DNA of 64,000 bases, taken from positions 1-64,000 of the IMG/VR virus record IMGVR_UViG_3300020198_000006, one strand, 5' to 3'. Both the position numbers and the translations under genes were made by a program. This document shows, one piece after another, positions 49,983 to 58,849 of the stretch. Positions within the stretch are counted from its first letter, which is position 1; each line of letters begins with the position of its first letter. The notes under the pieces are model-generated. The model ran no database searches, was not told where the DNA came from, and saw nothing but the letters and a program-made list of their open reading frames with translations. This DNA comes from a virus.

Positions 49983-50133
49983 AGTTTATTATATTTTTGT
50001 ATACTTGTACTCAAATAACATTCCAACGAATAAAATTAGACAAAGTGTCATGTGTTTTTAATTTTAATTGAAAATTTGTCTTTGATTTGTTTTTTAGACG
50101 GATTATTGTTATATTTTATTAAAATAAAACGAC

Positions 50134-52152
50134 ATGCCAGTAGATTTTTTTGAAGAAGGACCGACGACCACCCCTAAAAGGGGGAAAAAGGGTTCAACAA
50201 CCCCAATTCTTGATAATTTTTCAAGGGATTTAAACAAATTAGCTGAAGAGGGTAAAATAGACCCAATCATCGGTAGAGATAAGGAAGTAAAAAGAATCGC
50301 ACAGATACTTTCCCGTAAGAAGAAAAACAACGTAGTTGTTGTTGGTGATTCTGGTGTTGGTAAATCGGCATTAGTTGAAAAATTGGCAATGTTAATTGTC
50401 AAGGGTGAGTCTCCATCTAATCTAATAGACAAACGAATAATGTCTTTAGATTTAACTTCTCTTGTTGCGGGAACAAAGTATCGTGGCCAATTTGAAGAAA
50501 GAATTAAAGCGATATTAAATGAACTTCATAATGAACCAAATGTAATCATCTTCATTGATGAATTACATACCATGATTGGTGCGGGAAATGCTAGTGGTTC
50601 AATGGATGCTGCTAATATACTTAAGCCCGCTCTTGCAAGAGGAGAAATACAATGTATCGGAGCAACAACCTTTGATGAATTTAAAAAACATATTGAGAAG
50701 GATTCAGCATTGGTTAGAAGATTTCAAAAAATAGTTTTAAAGGAACCTACCTATCAAGAGACAATACAAATTCTACAAAACTTAAAGGATTCATATCAAA
50801 ACTATCATAAAGTATTCTACGAAGATGGTGTCATTGATACCATTGTTAAACTATCTGGTCGTTTCATAACAGACAGACAATTCCCCGATAAGGCAATAGA
50901 CGTATTAGACGAACTTGGTTCAGATAAAAAAATAAATATCAAAGTTCCCGACATTGTCGAGAAACTAAAAAAGGATGCTGACGAAATCAAAAACAAGAAG
51001 ATACTTGTAGTAAAGAGTCAGAACTATGAACAAGCAGCAAAGCTCAGAGATGAAGAAAGAAAAATAATGTTAAAACTAGAAGCAGAAAAAAATAAGTGGT
51101 TAGAACAACAAAAAGATAACAAGACACCAATCTATGTTGATGATGTCTATGAGATTGTATCTAACATGACGGGTGTTCCCATTACAAAGTTAGACGACAA
51201 CGAAACAAAAAACTTATTAAATCTTGAGGAGATATTGTCCTCCAAGGTTATTGGACAAAACGAAGCGATATCAATTATATCTAAAGCGATTAGAAGAAAT
51301 AGAGTTGGGATAAAAGATAATAACAAACCAATTGGTTCATTTATATTCTTAGGTTCTACAGGTGTTGGTAAAACATTTCTTGCAAAATCAATTGCTGAAT
51401 TATTATTTGGTGACCCCGAAAAAGTGATTCGTGTTGATATGAGTGAGTTTATGGAAAAACACAATGTATCTCGACTCATTGGCTCACCTCCTGGTTATGT
51501 TGGGTATGATGAGGGGGGTCAACTTACCGAAAAAATTAAAAACAACCCATTTGCTGTTGTATTATTTGACGAAATTGAAAAAGCACATAAAGATGTATTC
51601 AACATCCTTCTTCAGATTTTAGATGAAGGATATTTGACTGATTCTTTTGGTAGAAAAGTAAACTTTACTAATACTATCATAATCATGACCTCAAACATCG
51701 GCACCAAGAAAGTTTTCGATTTCGGAGGCGGTGTTGGATTCAATACCTCGTCAAGTGAAACCCAAAAGTATGAGATTAGAAAATCAATCATACAAAAATC
51801 ACTTAAACAACAATTTAATCCCGAATTCTTAAATCGTATTGATGATGTTATTTTATTCAATGCACTCAATGAAGAAACTATTAATAAAATTATCGAGATT
51901 GAACTTTCGAAATTGGTTACAAGATTGTGCGAAAAAAACTTCAACATTTTGTTTGATAAAAGTGTAATCAATCAAATTGCAGAACTTAATACCCAAGAGG
52001 AGTATGGTGCTCGACCAATAAAAAGAATAATACAAAACTTGTGTGAAGACTTTCTTTCCGATGAAATATTGAGGGGCACAATAAAAGAAAATCAGGTAAC
52101 TACAATTAGGTTTAAGGATGGCCAACTAAAGATTTTAGATAAAATGGTGTAA
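50134..52152 (+). CDS. clpC: ClpC-like AAA+ unfoldase lacking the N-terminal domain
   Basis: Two AAA modules (GDSGVGKS; GSTGVGKT), [14 protein letters not shown] motif [14 protein letters not shown] ClpP-binding loop, GARP. Confidence 0.92.
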   Translation: MPVDFFEEGPTTTPKRGKKGSTTPILDNFSRDLNKLAEEGKIDPIIGRDKEVKRIAQILSRKKKNNVVVVGDSGVGKSALVEKLAMLIVKGESPSNLIDKRIMSLDLTSLVAGTKYRGQFEERIKAILNELHNEPNVIIFIDELHTMIGAGNASGSMDAANILKPALARGEIQCIGATTFDEFKKHIEKDSALVRRFQKIVLKEPTYQETIQILQNLKDSYQNYHKVFYEDGVIDTIVKLSGRFITDRQFPDKAIDVLDELGSDKKINIKVPDIVEKLKKDADEIKNKKILVVKSQNYEQAAKLRDEERKIMLKLEAEKNKWLEQQKDNKTPIYVDDVYEIVSNMTGVPITKLDDNETKNLLNLEEILSSKVIGQNEAISIISKAIRRNRVGIKDNNKPIGSFIFLGSTGVGKTFLAKSIAELLFGDPEKVIRVDMSEFMEKHNVSRLIGSPPGYVGYDEGGQLTEKIKNNPFAVVLFDEIEKAHKDVFNILLQILDEGYLTDSFGRKVNFTNTIIIMTSNIGTKKVFDFGGGVGFNTSSSETQKYEIRKSIIQKSLKQQFNPEFLNRIDDVILFNALNEETINKIIEIELSKLVTRLCEKNFNILFDKSVINQIAELNTQEEYGARPIKRIIQNLCEDFLSDEILRGTIKENQVTTIRFKDGQLKILDKMV

Positions 52153-52191
52153 ATATTCTGATTTTTTAAAAAATCATATATATTTATATCT

Positions 52192-52288
52192 ACAAGGAAA
52201 TCTTTGCCGAAATCCTTTCGTTTTTAGTCTGTGGGGTTGAACCCACAAAATGACCTCAAAGCCCCGATTCCCGTCGGGGCTTTTTATC
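52192..52288 (+). ncRNA. Candidate small RNA (late promoter to terminator)
   Basis: TATTTATA at 52181-52188, hairpins AAGGA..TCCTT and TGTGG..CCACA, terminator AAAGCCCCGA..TCGGGGCTTTTT; no credible ORF. Confidence 0.45.
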
Positions 52289-52311
52289 TAAAATTTTTAT
52301 ATATTTGTAAA

Positions 52312-52494
52312 ATGATAAAATATATTTTAATTTTAGTCACGGTATTCTCATTGGGTATCGTGGCGTGTGGTAACAATTCCACCACATCAACGGAAACAAC
52401 GGACTCAACCGCGGTAGCAGTGGACCCTTTCTCACCTACCGCAAATGATTCTACTACTGCTCAGATTACCGACAGTACTTTGAATCAACAATAA
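52312..52494 (+). CDS. Small lipoprotein
   Basis: MIKYILILVTVFSLGIVAC lipobox; Ser/Thr-rich tail with three DST motifs; TATATTTG promoter element just upstream. Confidence 0.7.
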   Translation: MIKYILILVTVFSLGIVACGNNSTTSTETTDSTAVAVDPFSPTANDSTTAQITDSTLNQQ

Positions 52495-52588
52495 TTTGAC
52501 AAGTGCTCACTACCAATGGCGGAAATGTGAGTTGAATGTATTGATTGTGACACCACAGCCTCCAATTTTATAAAACAAATAACTTTAT

Positions 52589-53002
52589 ATGAAATATAAA
52601 ATATATTTAGATGATGTTAGAACCCCCATTGCAAAAGATGAATGGGTGGTGGTCCGTTCGTATGAAGAATTTGTGAATATAATATCCGAAATTGGACTAG
52701 AAAATATCGAACTAATTTCTCTTGACCATGACTTAGGTGATACCGCAATGGCTGAGTGGCATTGTAATGTTTATCACAATTACAAATTGGATTATGATAA
52801 CATTTTGGAAAAGACTGGAATGGATTGTACTAAATGGTTGGTTGAACAATGGATGGGTGGGAAACCTGTTGTAGATGTTGTTATTCACTCGGCTAATGCA
52901 ATGGGTAGTGGGAATATGATGGGATACATAAACAATTATAGACATATACATCGTCTACCTCAGAATTGTGTGAGGGTTCAATGGGAGCACACAATTAATT
53001 AA
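52589..53002 (+). CDS. Cyclic-phosphate processing receiver-like domain protein
   Basis: IYLDDVRTP, ISLDHDLG, TGMDCTKWL, IHSAN..G...M. Confidence 0.8.
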   Translation: MKYKIYLDDVRTPIAKDEWVVVRSYEEFVNIISEIGLENIELISLDHDLGDTAMAEWHCNVYHNYKLDYDNILEKTGMDCTKWLVEQWMGGKPVVDVVIHSANAMGSGNMMGYINNYRHIHRLPQNCVRVQWEHTIN

Positions 53003-53090
53003 CAATGGGGTGTTGAAAAACTTTTTGGTGTATCCCGAACTTTTAATCATATTTGCTTAACCGATTAACTAATTTATAAACCAACCCTGT

Positions 53091-53423
53091 ATGTCTAAAA
53101 TTAAAACTAACGTATCTACAAAAAAACTATCTATAAAAGGAAAGTATAATGAATTTAGCGACTTCTATGACGTTAACAAAGTAATAATCTATCAGAACAT
53201 ACTCAAGTTGTTCAAAACCTTTGAGGATAAAGAAAAAAACACACTTGTTTTAACAATATCGGCAAAGATTAAAAACATTGAATGGGAAACCGATTTGAAA
53301 TTTACTCGTGATGAGATTAATGTTCTAAAAAGAGATATTATGCCCTATTTTGAAGAGATTGAGGATTATGAAACTTGTGGTGAGATATGTGAACTATATA
53401 CAAGTTTGAAAGAAAAAAAGTAA
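53091..53423 (+). CDS. Hypothetical protein with a C-terminal UVR-like motif
   Basis: YFEEIEDYETCGEI. Confidence 0.55.
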   Translation: MSKIKTNVSTKKLSIKGKYNEFSDFYDVNKVIIYQNILKLFKTFEDKEKNTLVLTISAKIKNIEWETDLKFTRDEINVLKRDIMPYFEEIEDYETCGEICELYTSLKEKK

Positions 53424-53512
53424 TTTTAATCTCCTGAAATTCATATTAATAAATATTAAAATGGGGGTCTATTAACCCCCATAATTTTTATACATAATCA
53501 TTTTTTTAACCA

Positions 53513-54286
53513 CTAATTAGGGAAAACACCTTTTTTAATCATTCTAAGAAGAATTCTACAACAAGCAATATCTAAAGCTTTTTTTGTTGATATACCAATT
53601 GTGGATTGATTGAACTTAACCTCACTTAAATTATCGTCATTTAGTAGTGTTAATTCTCTTACAGTTTTAGCTTCTCCTAAACCACTTGCAGCGATTATTT
53701 CTCCGGTCTCAGCATCAGTAAATCTTACTTGAAGACCTAATCTTGTATTTACAATATTTTTTACACCATCTTTTAAATTTACAGTTTCATCTTCCGATAC
53801 GGAAAAATCATAAACTTCAATCGTAACGAAATACCGAGCTAACCTGATTTTACCTCTCTCATCAAGTTTATCTTGAGTTATACCTGATTGTGATGCCTGG
53901 AATTGTTTTACCATACGATTTTTTATCTCCGTCTGACTTTCAGTAAACACAAATCTGTTTAGTTCTGATAGAAATTCTAAACTGATATTTGCAACACCTA
54001 AACCAACTTTCTTTTCTTTTAATTCGGGATATTGTTCATAAACCTCATCATTGATACCAATTTTTAAAATTTGAATGGGTATTTGAGGTCCACCATAGTC
54101 CATCAAATAATTGATATTAACACTTGTTTCAAACGAAGCCTTATATTGTTCTGTTTGTGTTTTACCAACAACTTGAGCGGTTAATTTATTTGTTATACAA
54201 AACATTAAAATAAACCAAATAGCAATAATACCAACTGTTATCCACAACTCTTTACTTTTTTCGCTCATTTTAAACATGTAATTCAT
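53513..54286 (-). CDS. CsgG-like secreted/outer-membrane protein
   Basis: N-terminal hydrophobic signal; LGVANI..E.L....RF..., ARYFVTIEVYDF, LGLQVRFTDAETGEII...GLGEA. Confidence 0.6.
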   Translation of the reverse strand: MNYMFKMSEKSKELWITVGIIAIWFILMFCITNKLTAQVVGKTQTEQYKASFETSVNINYLMDYGGPQIPIQILKIGINDEVYEQYPELKEKKVGLGVANISLEFLSELNRFVFTESQTEIKNRMVKQFQASQSGITQDKLDERGKIRLARYFVTIEVYDFSVSEDETVNLKDGVKNIVNTRLGLQVRFTDAETGEIIAASGLGEAKTVRELTLLNDDNLSEVKFNQSTIGISTKKALDIACCRILLRMIKKGVFPN

Positions 54287-54289
54287 ATT

Positions 54290-54575
54290 TTATTCTATAA
54301 TATCTTTTATTTTACCACACTTTAAACATTCTTCGACGCCATCACCATCCATATCCCCCCATACGTGTTCACATTGTCTATGTGCGAAATACATATCAAT
54401 CTTACCATCGCCATCAAAGTCAATACCATCCATTATACCATCTTCGTCCACTTCTACACCAGTTCTTGCTTTAGTTGTTTGTTTTTCTTCTAATTTTGAT
54501 ACTGTGGGTATAACTTCTTCCTCTTTTTTAAACCAGACCATGTTCCGTCTTGTTCTTGTGTTTCTTCTGACACAG
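54290..54575 (-). pseudogene. Chimeric gene remnant with DxDGDG Ca-binding motifs
   Basis: C-terminal DFDGDG / DMDGDG ORF preceded, in another frame, by a short GTG-SEETQEQDGTWSGLKK start. Confidence 0.45.
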
Positions 54576-54589
54576 TTTTAGACTTTTAA

Positions 54590-55032
54590 AAATTGTTTAG
54601 TTAATTGTTTATTATAATTATTTAGAACTAAATAATAGCTTCCATTACTTACATTCGTCATATCAATTTGTTTATATACCACAGTTTGATATCCATTTCC
54701 TGATATATTACCAAATTGTTTAATCATTTTACCTGATACATCGTAAACCGCAACCCCCGATTTAGTCGAAACAATATCAAAGAAGATTAATTCAATATAT
54801 AACGTATAATTAGGTTGTTCTTTAGCCCCAACTAAGATTAAACCACCCTACCCTGCTCGTTTATTATTTCTTGAGCAATATTTCTAACACCAAACGCCAA
54901 ATTTTTATTACCCACAAGTGTTCCAACCTTAATATTGTTAACAACTGGGTCTACGAAAATTGTCGCATTACTTTGAGCTTCTACACCCAAGAAGAGTAAA
55001 AGTGTTAGTATCGTTATAACAATTAATTTCAA
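54590..55032 (-). pseudogene. Frameshifted secreted-protein remnant fused to a T9SS C-terminal sorting domain
   Basis: Signal-peptide ORF 55032-54838 continues after a frameshift as LILVGAKEQPNYTLYIELIFFDIVSTKSGVAVYDVSGKMIKQFG...QIDMTNVSNGSYYLVLN. Confidence 0.6.
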
Positions 55033-55076
55033 TGATTTAATTGGTAAATTTTTATAAATTATGATATTAACCTAAA

Positions 55077-55331
55077 TTATTCGGGGGTCGCGCCACCACC
55101 ATTCTTCTTATTTATCCATTTGTCTACCGATGCAATACCAAATGAACCTAAGGTAATAACCAAGAATCCATCGAATATGAATTCATTAATTAACAACTCT
55201 TTACCTAAAAAACCTGTAGTTAGGTCAACAAAGAGTGCAATCACCATCATTGTGAAAGAAAGAAAACCAACTACTGACTTTTCGTTGATTGTGTTGTTGT
55301 CGTTGAACAACTCGCTAAAAAATTTTTTCAT
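55077..55331 (-). CDS. Small two-TM membrane protein (holin-like)
   Basis: Two hydrophobic helices, basic C-terminus; late promoter at 55375. Confidence 0.55.
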   Translation of the reverse strand: MKKFFSELFNDNNTINEKSVVGFLSFTMMVIALFVDLTTGFLGKELLINEFIFDGFLVITLGSFGIASVDKWINKKNGGGATPE

Positions 55332-55628
55332 ACTTCATAGTTTTAGTTAGTGTTTAGTTTATGTTTTGGTTATCTATAAATACATTGAAATGGTTATAAA
55401 CGGTTGGATTTTTACACTAAAAATTTTTTTGAGTTTTTATTTACTTTTACGGCACTTATTATTACCTTTATAATAGATTTAAACTTAAATTAATCTTCGA
55501 TGAGACAATTCGTGCATACGACATCATTTACAATCTGTTCAAAATGGGCGGAGGTCTCTTGTAAGTATTTGAGTTTTATAGGATACTGAAAGAACCTCGG
55601 GAGAAATCTCAAGGACCTCCCAACCAAC

Positions 55629-55704
55629 GGTCGGGTAGCTCAGCGGTAGAGCAATCTCACTAAAACGAGACGTGACGCGATAGGTTCGACCCCTCCCCCA
55701 ACCA
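55629..55704 (+). pseudogene. Degenerate tRNA (identity unclear)
   Basis: GGTCGGG/CCCAACC acceptor, TAGCTCAGCGGTAGAGC D-arm, GGTTCGAC T-loop; irregular 8-nt anticodon loop and weak T-stem. Confidence 0.6.
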
Positions 55705-55750
55705 CTACGATTATCGTTCTTTGACATATTTTTAAAAAACAATTATTATT

Positions 55751-56107
55751 ATGGAACAGTTATTTGCATTTGTTCTTGGTGTTGGCATTATGTCATTGAT
55801 TTATGGTTTAGTGTTAGTATTGAGAATGAGAAAAGAACTCAACAATGTTGAATCAAATTTACATAACACAAAAGATGAGGTTATGTCAATTAATAGGGAA
55901 ATTGAAAGAATCGATAAGAGAATTGACTCAAGGGTCGATAAACTTACCGATATAATATTTCGAGAATTAGAAAATAAGGAAAAAGACCTCCAAGATTCTA
56001 TGACTCGAAATTATGAACAAACAAACAGAGATTTTGAATCCGTATGGAGAGAAATTGATAAACAACAACAAAACAAAAATAAAACACGTAAAGTGTTAAC
56101 AGACTAA
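55751..56107 (+). CDS. Membrane-anchored coiled-coil protein inside the tRNA array
   Basis: N-terminal TM helix followed by heptad repeats (IDSRVDKL). Confidence 0.7.
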   Translation: MEQLFAFVLGVGIMSLIYGLVLVLRMRKELNNVESNLHNTKDEVMSINREIERIDKRIDSRVDKLTDIIFRELENKEKDLQDSMTRNYEQTNRDFESVWREIDKQQQNKNKTRKVLTD

Positions 56108-56141
56108 AAGTCATAAACAAAGAACGGTAATCGTTTTTTTT

Positions 56142-56216
56142 GTTCCTGTCGTCTAATGGTTAGGACACCTCCCTTTCACGAAAGTCATGTCGGTTCGAGT
56201 CCGACCTTGGGGGTAC
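56142..56216 (+). pseudogene. Degenerate tRNA-Glu(TTC)
   Basis: GTCGTCTAATGGTTAGGAC D-arm, CT-TTC-AC loop, GTCGG-TTCGAGT-CCGAC T-arm; anticodon stem CCTCC/GAAAG mismatched, acceptor irregular. Confidence 0.65.
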
Positions 56217-56222
56217 AGAAAT

Positions 56223-56330
56223 AGTCGGGTGGTGGAAGCGAGTAGTTGTACAGCTGCCGATGGAAAGACACGGGGATGTGAAAGTCCCCACCAATAACGG
56301 CATATAGGTTCGAATCCAATCGGGGATACT
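56223..56330 (+). pseudogene. Degenerate tRNA-like element with insertions
   Basis: AGTCGGGTGGTGGAA start, GGGGA..TCCCC hairpin, AGGTTCGAATCC T-arm; over-long and acceptor broken. Confidence 0.45.
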
Positions 56331-56332
56331 CA

Positions 56333-56408
56333 CAGGGAAATATCGCGGTTCTGTAACGTACTTGGTTTAGGACCAATGAGTTGCGGGTTCGAATCCTGTT
56401 TTCTCAAC
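56333..56408 (+). pseudogene. Degenerate tRNA-Pro-derived gene (loop TTTAGGA)
   Basis: TTGG-TTTAGGA-CCAA arm resembling tRNA-Pro TTTGGGA, GCGGGTTCGAATCCTGT T-arm; D-arm and acceptor decayed. Confidence 0.5.
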
Positions 56409-56457
56409 TTTATCATCGGTAATGATGATAATTTATTTTATCGTCTATTTCAACGAT

Positions 56458-56529
56458 GTCTCCTTAGCTCAGCGGTAGAGCATCTCGCTGTTAACGAGAG
56501 GGTCCGAGGTTCGAAACCTCGAGGGGACG
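56458..56529 (+). tRNA. tRNA-Asn(GTT)
   Basis: Full cloverleaf: GTCTCCT/AGGGGAC acceptor, GCTC/GAGC D-stem, TCTCG-CTGTTAA-CGAGA, CGAGG-TTCGAAA-CCTCG, discriminator G; CCA not encoded. Confidence 0.92.
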
Positions 56530-56534
56530 CTTTA

Positions 56535-56588
56535 GGACCCTTAGGACTCATAATCATTAGGCCCACGGTTCGAGCCCGTGAGGGTCCA
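56535..56588 (+). pseudogene. tRNA-Met/Ile2(CAT) with deleted D-arm
   Basis: Perfect GGACCCT/AGGGTCC acceptor, CT-CAT-AA loop, CACGG-TTCGAGC-CCGTG T-arm; about 20 nt of D-arm and 5' anticodon stem missing. Confidence 0.7.
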
Positions 56589-56751
56589 CTATGATGACCT
56601 ATAGTGCAAACCATTTGGTGGGGATTTAAAAAAAATTTAAAAATTTTTTAAAAAAATTTTGGAATTTGGTTTTTTTCCTTTATCCTTGTAAAAGATTTGA
56701 GGATTTAGATATTGAGTCGAGAATCCAAAAAATAAGATTGTTCTTTGAATT

Positions 56752-57562
56752 AAGATATTGGGCGGTCTATAGTCCATAAAATAAACCATGAAAGTGGTAT
56801 AAAGTGACCTATTTGGTTTAAGTAGGTTGCGGCTTCCGCAAGGGAGCTCGAGTAGACAAACGAGGTATCGTTGAATCTTGAGTACCGAGGGTAACACTGT
56901 AGGGAAAGTGGTTTGATGAACGGGGGATGCGGGTCCTTCGTTTGAGGTGGGAACACCAATAAGAATAACTCGTAAGGTTTATGCAAGAAACACGGTCATC
57001 CAACTATGTCATTGCGTAATTCAATATGATGGGAATCTTAAAACCGAAAGGTATGGTTGTGTACGGGTGGTGCTGTTACAATCCTTGAATTGAATCTGCC
57101 AAGGTTTATTTCATGAAGGGGTCCAAAAATATGGAGGTCGGGAGACTTCAGAGGGTAGTTCAGTATCGTGTTGTCCAAAAGATAACATGGCTGGTTGTCG
57201 AGCCGCTACCTTCACCATCCGCGAACCAATACTTTGGTCTAATCAATGTCCAAAACATTAAATTAAATCAAGGAAAAGCGCTCGTCAGTCGTCGGAAACA
57301 GGTGACTACTTAGTAATGATGTGTTCATTGCCGTAGAGGGCTCCAAACCCAATACGATTTTTAAGAAAGTTCTCTAATCTCGCAAGGATTAATTGGGGTG
57401 GCAACCTCGAAGAGTGATGAGTATTAAGAGAGTATTCGATGACTCAAGGATTGGTTAATCTAATTGACCGTCACTGGTTGGTACAACCCAAAAGGTTGTG
57501 GATATGAAGGCAAACCATAAACCTTCTAAAGTCAACTACATAAACGTGTAATCTCAACGTGT
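56752..57562 (+). ncRNA. Large structured ncRNA, GOLLD-like (~800 nt)
   Basis: Raised GC, no credible ORF, many hairpins with GNRA-type loops (TTCC-GCAA-GGGA, ACC-GAAA-GGT, CAT-GAAA-GTG, CTC-GCAA-GG), beside tRNAs, upstream host-type promoter (56658-56688) and terminator at 57596; boundaries approximate. Confidence 0.65.
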
Positions 57563-57594
57563 TTTTTATTTTATTGAGAAGCCAACCGCTATAT

Positions 57595-57624
57595 TAAGTC
57601 AGAAGAAATTCTGACTTTTTTTAT
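57595..57624 (+). terminator. Terminator after the large ncRNA
   Basis: AAGTCAGAA-GAAA-TTCTGACTT followed by T-run. Confidence 0.8.
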
Positions 57625-57724
57625 GTTTTTAACATAAATTTCATTATATTATTTTATGAGAATTATTTCCATTGCAAAACAATAATAACATGGATAAAAC
57701 CAAATAAAAAAGAAAAAGAAAAAA

Positions 57725-57955
57725 ATGAGTAAAAATCTTGAAGAAAAATTATTAATCGGATATGAAGAATATTTGAAACTACCAAAAGCAGAGTGTAGTG
57801 GTATTAATAAAAAAACGGAATTATATACAAATGGTTGATGTGTATTATTAGGAAGGTCAATATCACACCCACATCCGCATAGACATTATACATTATTAGA
57901 ATTTGTATATTGGTGTGGAAAAAATGAATTATTATACAGAAGATTTATACCATAA
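57725..57955 (+). pseudogene. Small ORF interrupted by one in-frame TGA
   Basis: MSKNLEEKLLIGYEEYLKLPKAECSGINKKTELYTNG*CVLLGRSISHPHPHRHYTLLEFVYWCGKNELLYRRFIP. Confidence 0.45.
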
Positions 57956-58099
57956 ACCAACCAAATATTAAAGTCATACAAAGTATGAAAATGAAAAATA
58001 AACAACAAAAAAAAATAAAATGTCCTCATTGTGGTATTGAGGGTGGTAACACTATGGGTAGATGGCATTTTGATAACTGTAAATATAAATAATAAAATT

Positions 58100-58849
58100 A
58101 TGTGTAGAATCGTATGTATATCTGACACGCATGGTCTTCATAAAATAATGGGTAAATATGGGCGGTTACCTGAAGGTGATGTATTAATTCATGCGGGTGA
58201 TTGTACAAATGTTGGTAAAGAAAAAGAAATAGAAGATTTTGTTCATTGGTTTCAAAATCTAAAAGGATTTGATACTAAAATTTTTATTGCCGGTAACCAC
58301 GATTTTGGTTTTGAAAATTACAATGGTATTAGACATAATGGTGATGCTCCTTGGTTACACCATTTGTTGAATGAGGAAAATCTCTCACAATCCGATGTTG
58401 TTTATTTACACGATTCTGAGTTTATTATTGAATCACCTGAATTTTCAAGACCAATAAAATTTTATGGTAGTCCCTGGCAACCTGAATTTTATGATTGGGC
58501 ATTTAATTTACCGAGGAATGGGTCTGAGTTAGAAAAAAAATGGTCTCAAATACCTGATGAAACAGATGTTCTTATAACTCATTGCCCACCACACACTAAA
58601 AGAGATTTTATACCAAATAATCTACAAGTTGGTTGTGAACTTCTAATGTTTCGCGTGGAACAATTGAAACCATTAGTTCATGTTTTTGGTCATATCCATA
58701 ATGCACATGGTGCCCAATACAATGAGGATACTATCTTCGTTAACGCCGCGATATGTACCGAAAGATATGTTCCATCAAATAAACCGATAATCATCGATTT
58801 AAATGAAGTCGATGGTAAAATGATTGCTACATATGTCGAAAATAATTAG
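58100..58849 (+). CDS. Calcineurin-like metallophosphoesterase (MPPED-like)
   Basis: SDTH, HAGD, AGNHD, YGSPWQP, LITHCPP, HVFGHIH; likely ATG at 58100. Confidence 0.92.
   Translation: MCRIVCISDTHGLHKIMGKYGRLPEGDVLIHAGDCTNVGKEKEIEDFVHWFQNLKGFDTKIFIAGNHDFGFENYNGIRHNGDAPWLHHLLNEENLSQSDVVYLHDSEFIIESPEFSRPIKFYGSPWQPEFYDWAFNLPRNGSELEKKWSQIPDETDVLITHCPPHTKRDFIPNNLQVGCELLMFRVEQLKPLVHVFGHIHNAHGAQYNEDTIFVNAAICTERYVPSNKPIIIDLNEVDGKMIATYVENN

Noticed and set aside
52231-52311. Extended N-terminus of the 87-aa ORF
   Set aside because: It runs through a terminator hairpin; ATG 52312 gives a clean lipoprotein signal
56185-57313. Short ORFs listed across the tRNA and large ncRNA region
   Set aside because: They overlap RNA genes, use atypical starts and composition, and show no protein motifs
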